Shown here in pieces: positions 62,831 to 64,000 of a stretch of DNA of 64,000 nucleotides. Made by a program: the position numbers and the translations under genes. Below the pieces are notes generated by a model that ran no database searches, had not been told where the DNA came from, and was given only the letters and a program-made list of their open reading frames with translations. Position 1 is the stretch's first letter. Each line of letters starts with the position of its first letter. Source of the DNA: Candidatus Aegiribacteria sp. (GTDB taxonomy: Bacteria; Fermentibacterota; Fermentibacteria; Fermentibacterales; JCC-6); contig JAUWMQ010000003.1 of assembly GCA_030613065.1 (NCBI GenBank), positions 499 to 64,498 of the forward strand. Reading direction: 5' to 3'.

Positions 62831-63439
62831 ATGATGAATGTACTAGCTATTATGGGAAGCCCGCGAAAAGGTAAAGCAACTGATCTTCTGGTCGATAAGG
62901 CAATAGAGGGTGTAAAATCGAAGGCTCCGAACTGCAATGTGAAGAAATTGAACCTGATCGATTATGATATTCAACACTGCACTAACTGCCTTATTTGCAG
63001 GGAAAGCAAAACGAGTGAACCTGTTACGAGGTGTTCTATCCGGGACGATATGGATCAGATAAGTGTAGATGTCCTCAATTCTGATGCTATGATCTTTGGT
63101 ACACCGGTACATATGGGATATGCCACAGGTTTAATGATGTCCTTCCTGGAGAGAATCTGCTGGACTTTCGCCAAACCCGAAAAAAGCTATTTTATCATAC
63201 GAGGATGTCCTCTTCCAAGATCAGATAAGAAACGTAAGTCTATTACAATCGTCACGTCAGGAATTGTACCGCCAATGTACAGAAAATTCTGTAATCAAGC
63301 TGCTCCTCTGATTAAAGGGGTTATTGAAGATTCGCTGAATGCAAAAACAGCAGGAGAAATGTACGCGGGAGATATTGAGCACAAGGGTGTTGAACTCTAT
63401 TTTGACAAAGCCTTCAAACTGGGCAGTAAACTTGTATAG
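62831..63439 (+). CDS. Flavodoxin-fold NAD(P)H-dependent FMN reductase / iron-sulfur flavoprotein-like
   Basis: 'VLAIMGSPRKGKATDLL', a Cys cluster 'HCTNCLICRE', and 'MIFGTPVHMGY'. Confidence 0.78.
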   Translation: MMNVLAIMGSPRKGKATDLLVDKAIEGVKSKAPNCNVKKLNLIDYDIQHCTNCLICRESKTSEPVTRCSIRDDMDQISVDVLNSDAMIFGTPVHMGYATGLMMSFLERICWTFAKPEKSYFIIRGCPLPRSDKKRKSITIVTSGIVPPMYRKFCNQAAPLIKGVIEDSLNAKTAGEMYAGDIEHKGVELYFDKAFKLGSKLV

Positions 63440-63740
63440 ACCTTATTGACCATTCAACCATTGCAACGCGAAAGAGCCGGTTAACGACCGAATGGAGGTG
63501 GCTTCGATTGCGCCAAACTACAACCAGTCAGGCTGGCGTGCATAGTCTTGTAGACCACCTGGCCAAGAATCCGGATGACGAATGGGTACTGTTTGATAGG
63601 ATGACACTCACTGCTGGTCACAAAAGGAAGTCTCAATGAAAGCCCGGTATCCTGGTACACAAATAGGATGATCGAACCAAAGCTTCTACTCGACTCTAAT
63701 ACCTCGCACCGGTGAAGCTCATATTCGGCCTGGAGATGAA

Positions 63741-64000
63741 ATGACAAATCTATATGACGAACGCTATGAACTCCCGGGTTATTACTGGGGCAAGACCCCA
63801 TCCCATTCATGCTACCGGGTTCTACAGATGCTGCCTCCTGATCGGCAGCTGAGGCTTCTTGACATCGGCTGTGGTGAAGGCAGGAACGCTATCTTCTTTG
63901 CCCGCAACGGCTATCAGGTGACGGCTTTTGACACTTCACCCATGGGTATTGAGAAGACAAAGCAGCTTGCTGCCGACGCTGGTGTTCATATTGAGGCGTT
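63741..64000 (+). CDS. Class I SAM-dependent methyltransferase (TehB-like), 3'-partial at the window end
   Basis: 'MTNLYDERYELPGYYWGKTPS...RLLDIGCGEGRNAIFFARNGYQVTAFD' (motif I DxGCGxG). The ORF is open to the window end. Confidence 0.75.
   Translation, partial: MTNLYDERYELPGYYWGKTPSHSCYRVLQMLPPDRQLRLLDIGCGEGRNAIFFARNGYQVTAFDTSPMGIEKTKQLAADAGVHIEA

Noticed and set aside
63481-63810. 109-aa minus-strand ORF between the flavoprotein and methyltransferase genes
   Set aside because: No Shine-Dalgarno and no motif. It overlaps the well-supported start of the methyltransferase gene on the plus strand, and the region more likely holds fragmentary gene debris.
1-64000. CRISPR arrays, rRNA operons, prophage or conjugative modules
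   Set aside because: I saw no regularly spaced short repeats. I found no rRNA-like sequence and no phage structural, integrase, relaxase or T4SS-like ORFs in any frame.

Overview
This is a 64-kb stretch of bacterial chromosome with moderate GC by eye and dense coding on both strands. I found no rRNA genes, CRISPR array or prophage. All family names come from motif recognition only, since no searches were possible.

Most of the window is a housekeeping backbone:
- ileS-lspA-carbamate kinase
- tRNA-Val-thrS-infC-rpmI-rplT-(ZapB-like)-zapA-rny-ymdB-ispA-dxs-nadK-recN-CDP-alcohol phosphatidyltransferase-smc-ftsY-ABC ATPase, a conserved block spanning 10.8-28.4 kb
- hisS followed by a SpoIIE-type phosphatase, then ackA and a parvulin
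- an APC permease fused to a PTS EIIA domain
- an aminotransferase, rluD, truA, a SPOR lipoprotein and tRNA-Gly

The most unusual part is 28.4-43.2 kb. Three separate gene cassettes there are each bracketed by a long direct duplication of the flanking host sequence:
- ~60 bp around a secreted-protein gene
- 404 bp around an insert holding a type IV pilin, a membrane protein and an IS91-family transposase fragment
- 124 bp around a pair made of a DUF4143 ATPase/nuclease and a prolyl oligopeptidase

Deleting the insert plus one repeat copy restores a compact ancestral locus in the latter two cases. This is the signature of single-crossover integration of circular intermediates, not of ordinary transposition.

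Other notable items:
- an internally deleted IS bounded by inverted repeats and a 6-bp target duplication (3.6-4.7 kb)
- an ArsR / metal-efflux operon with a consensus promoter overlapped by a 24-bp palindromic operator
- a radical SAM/SPASM enzyme translationally coupled to an uncharacterised secreted protein
- infC apparently starting at AUC
- several decayed genes: a GAF fragment fused to a membrane-protein fragment, an ANT(2'')-like nucleotidyltransferase, and a truncated PNP-like ORF
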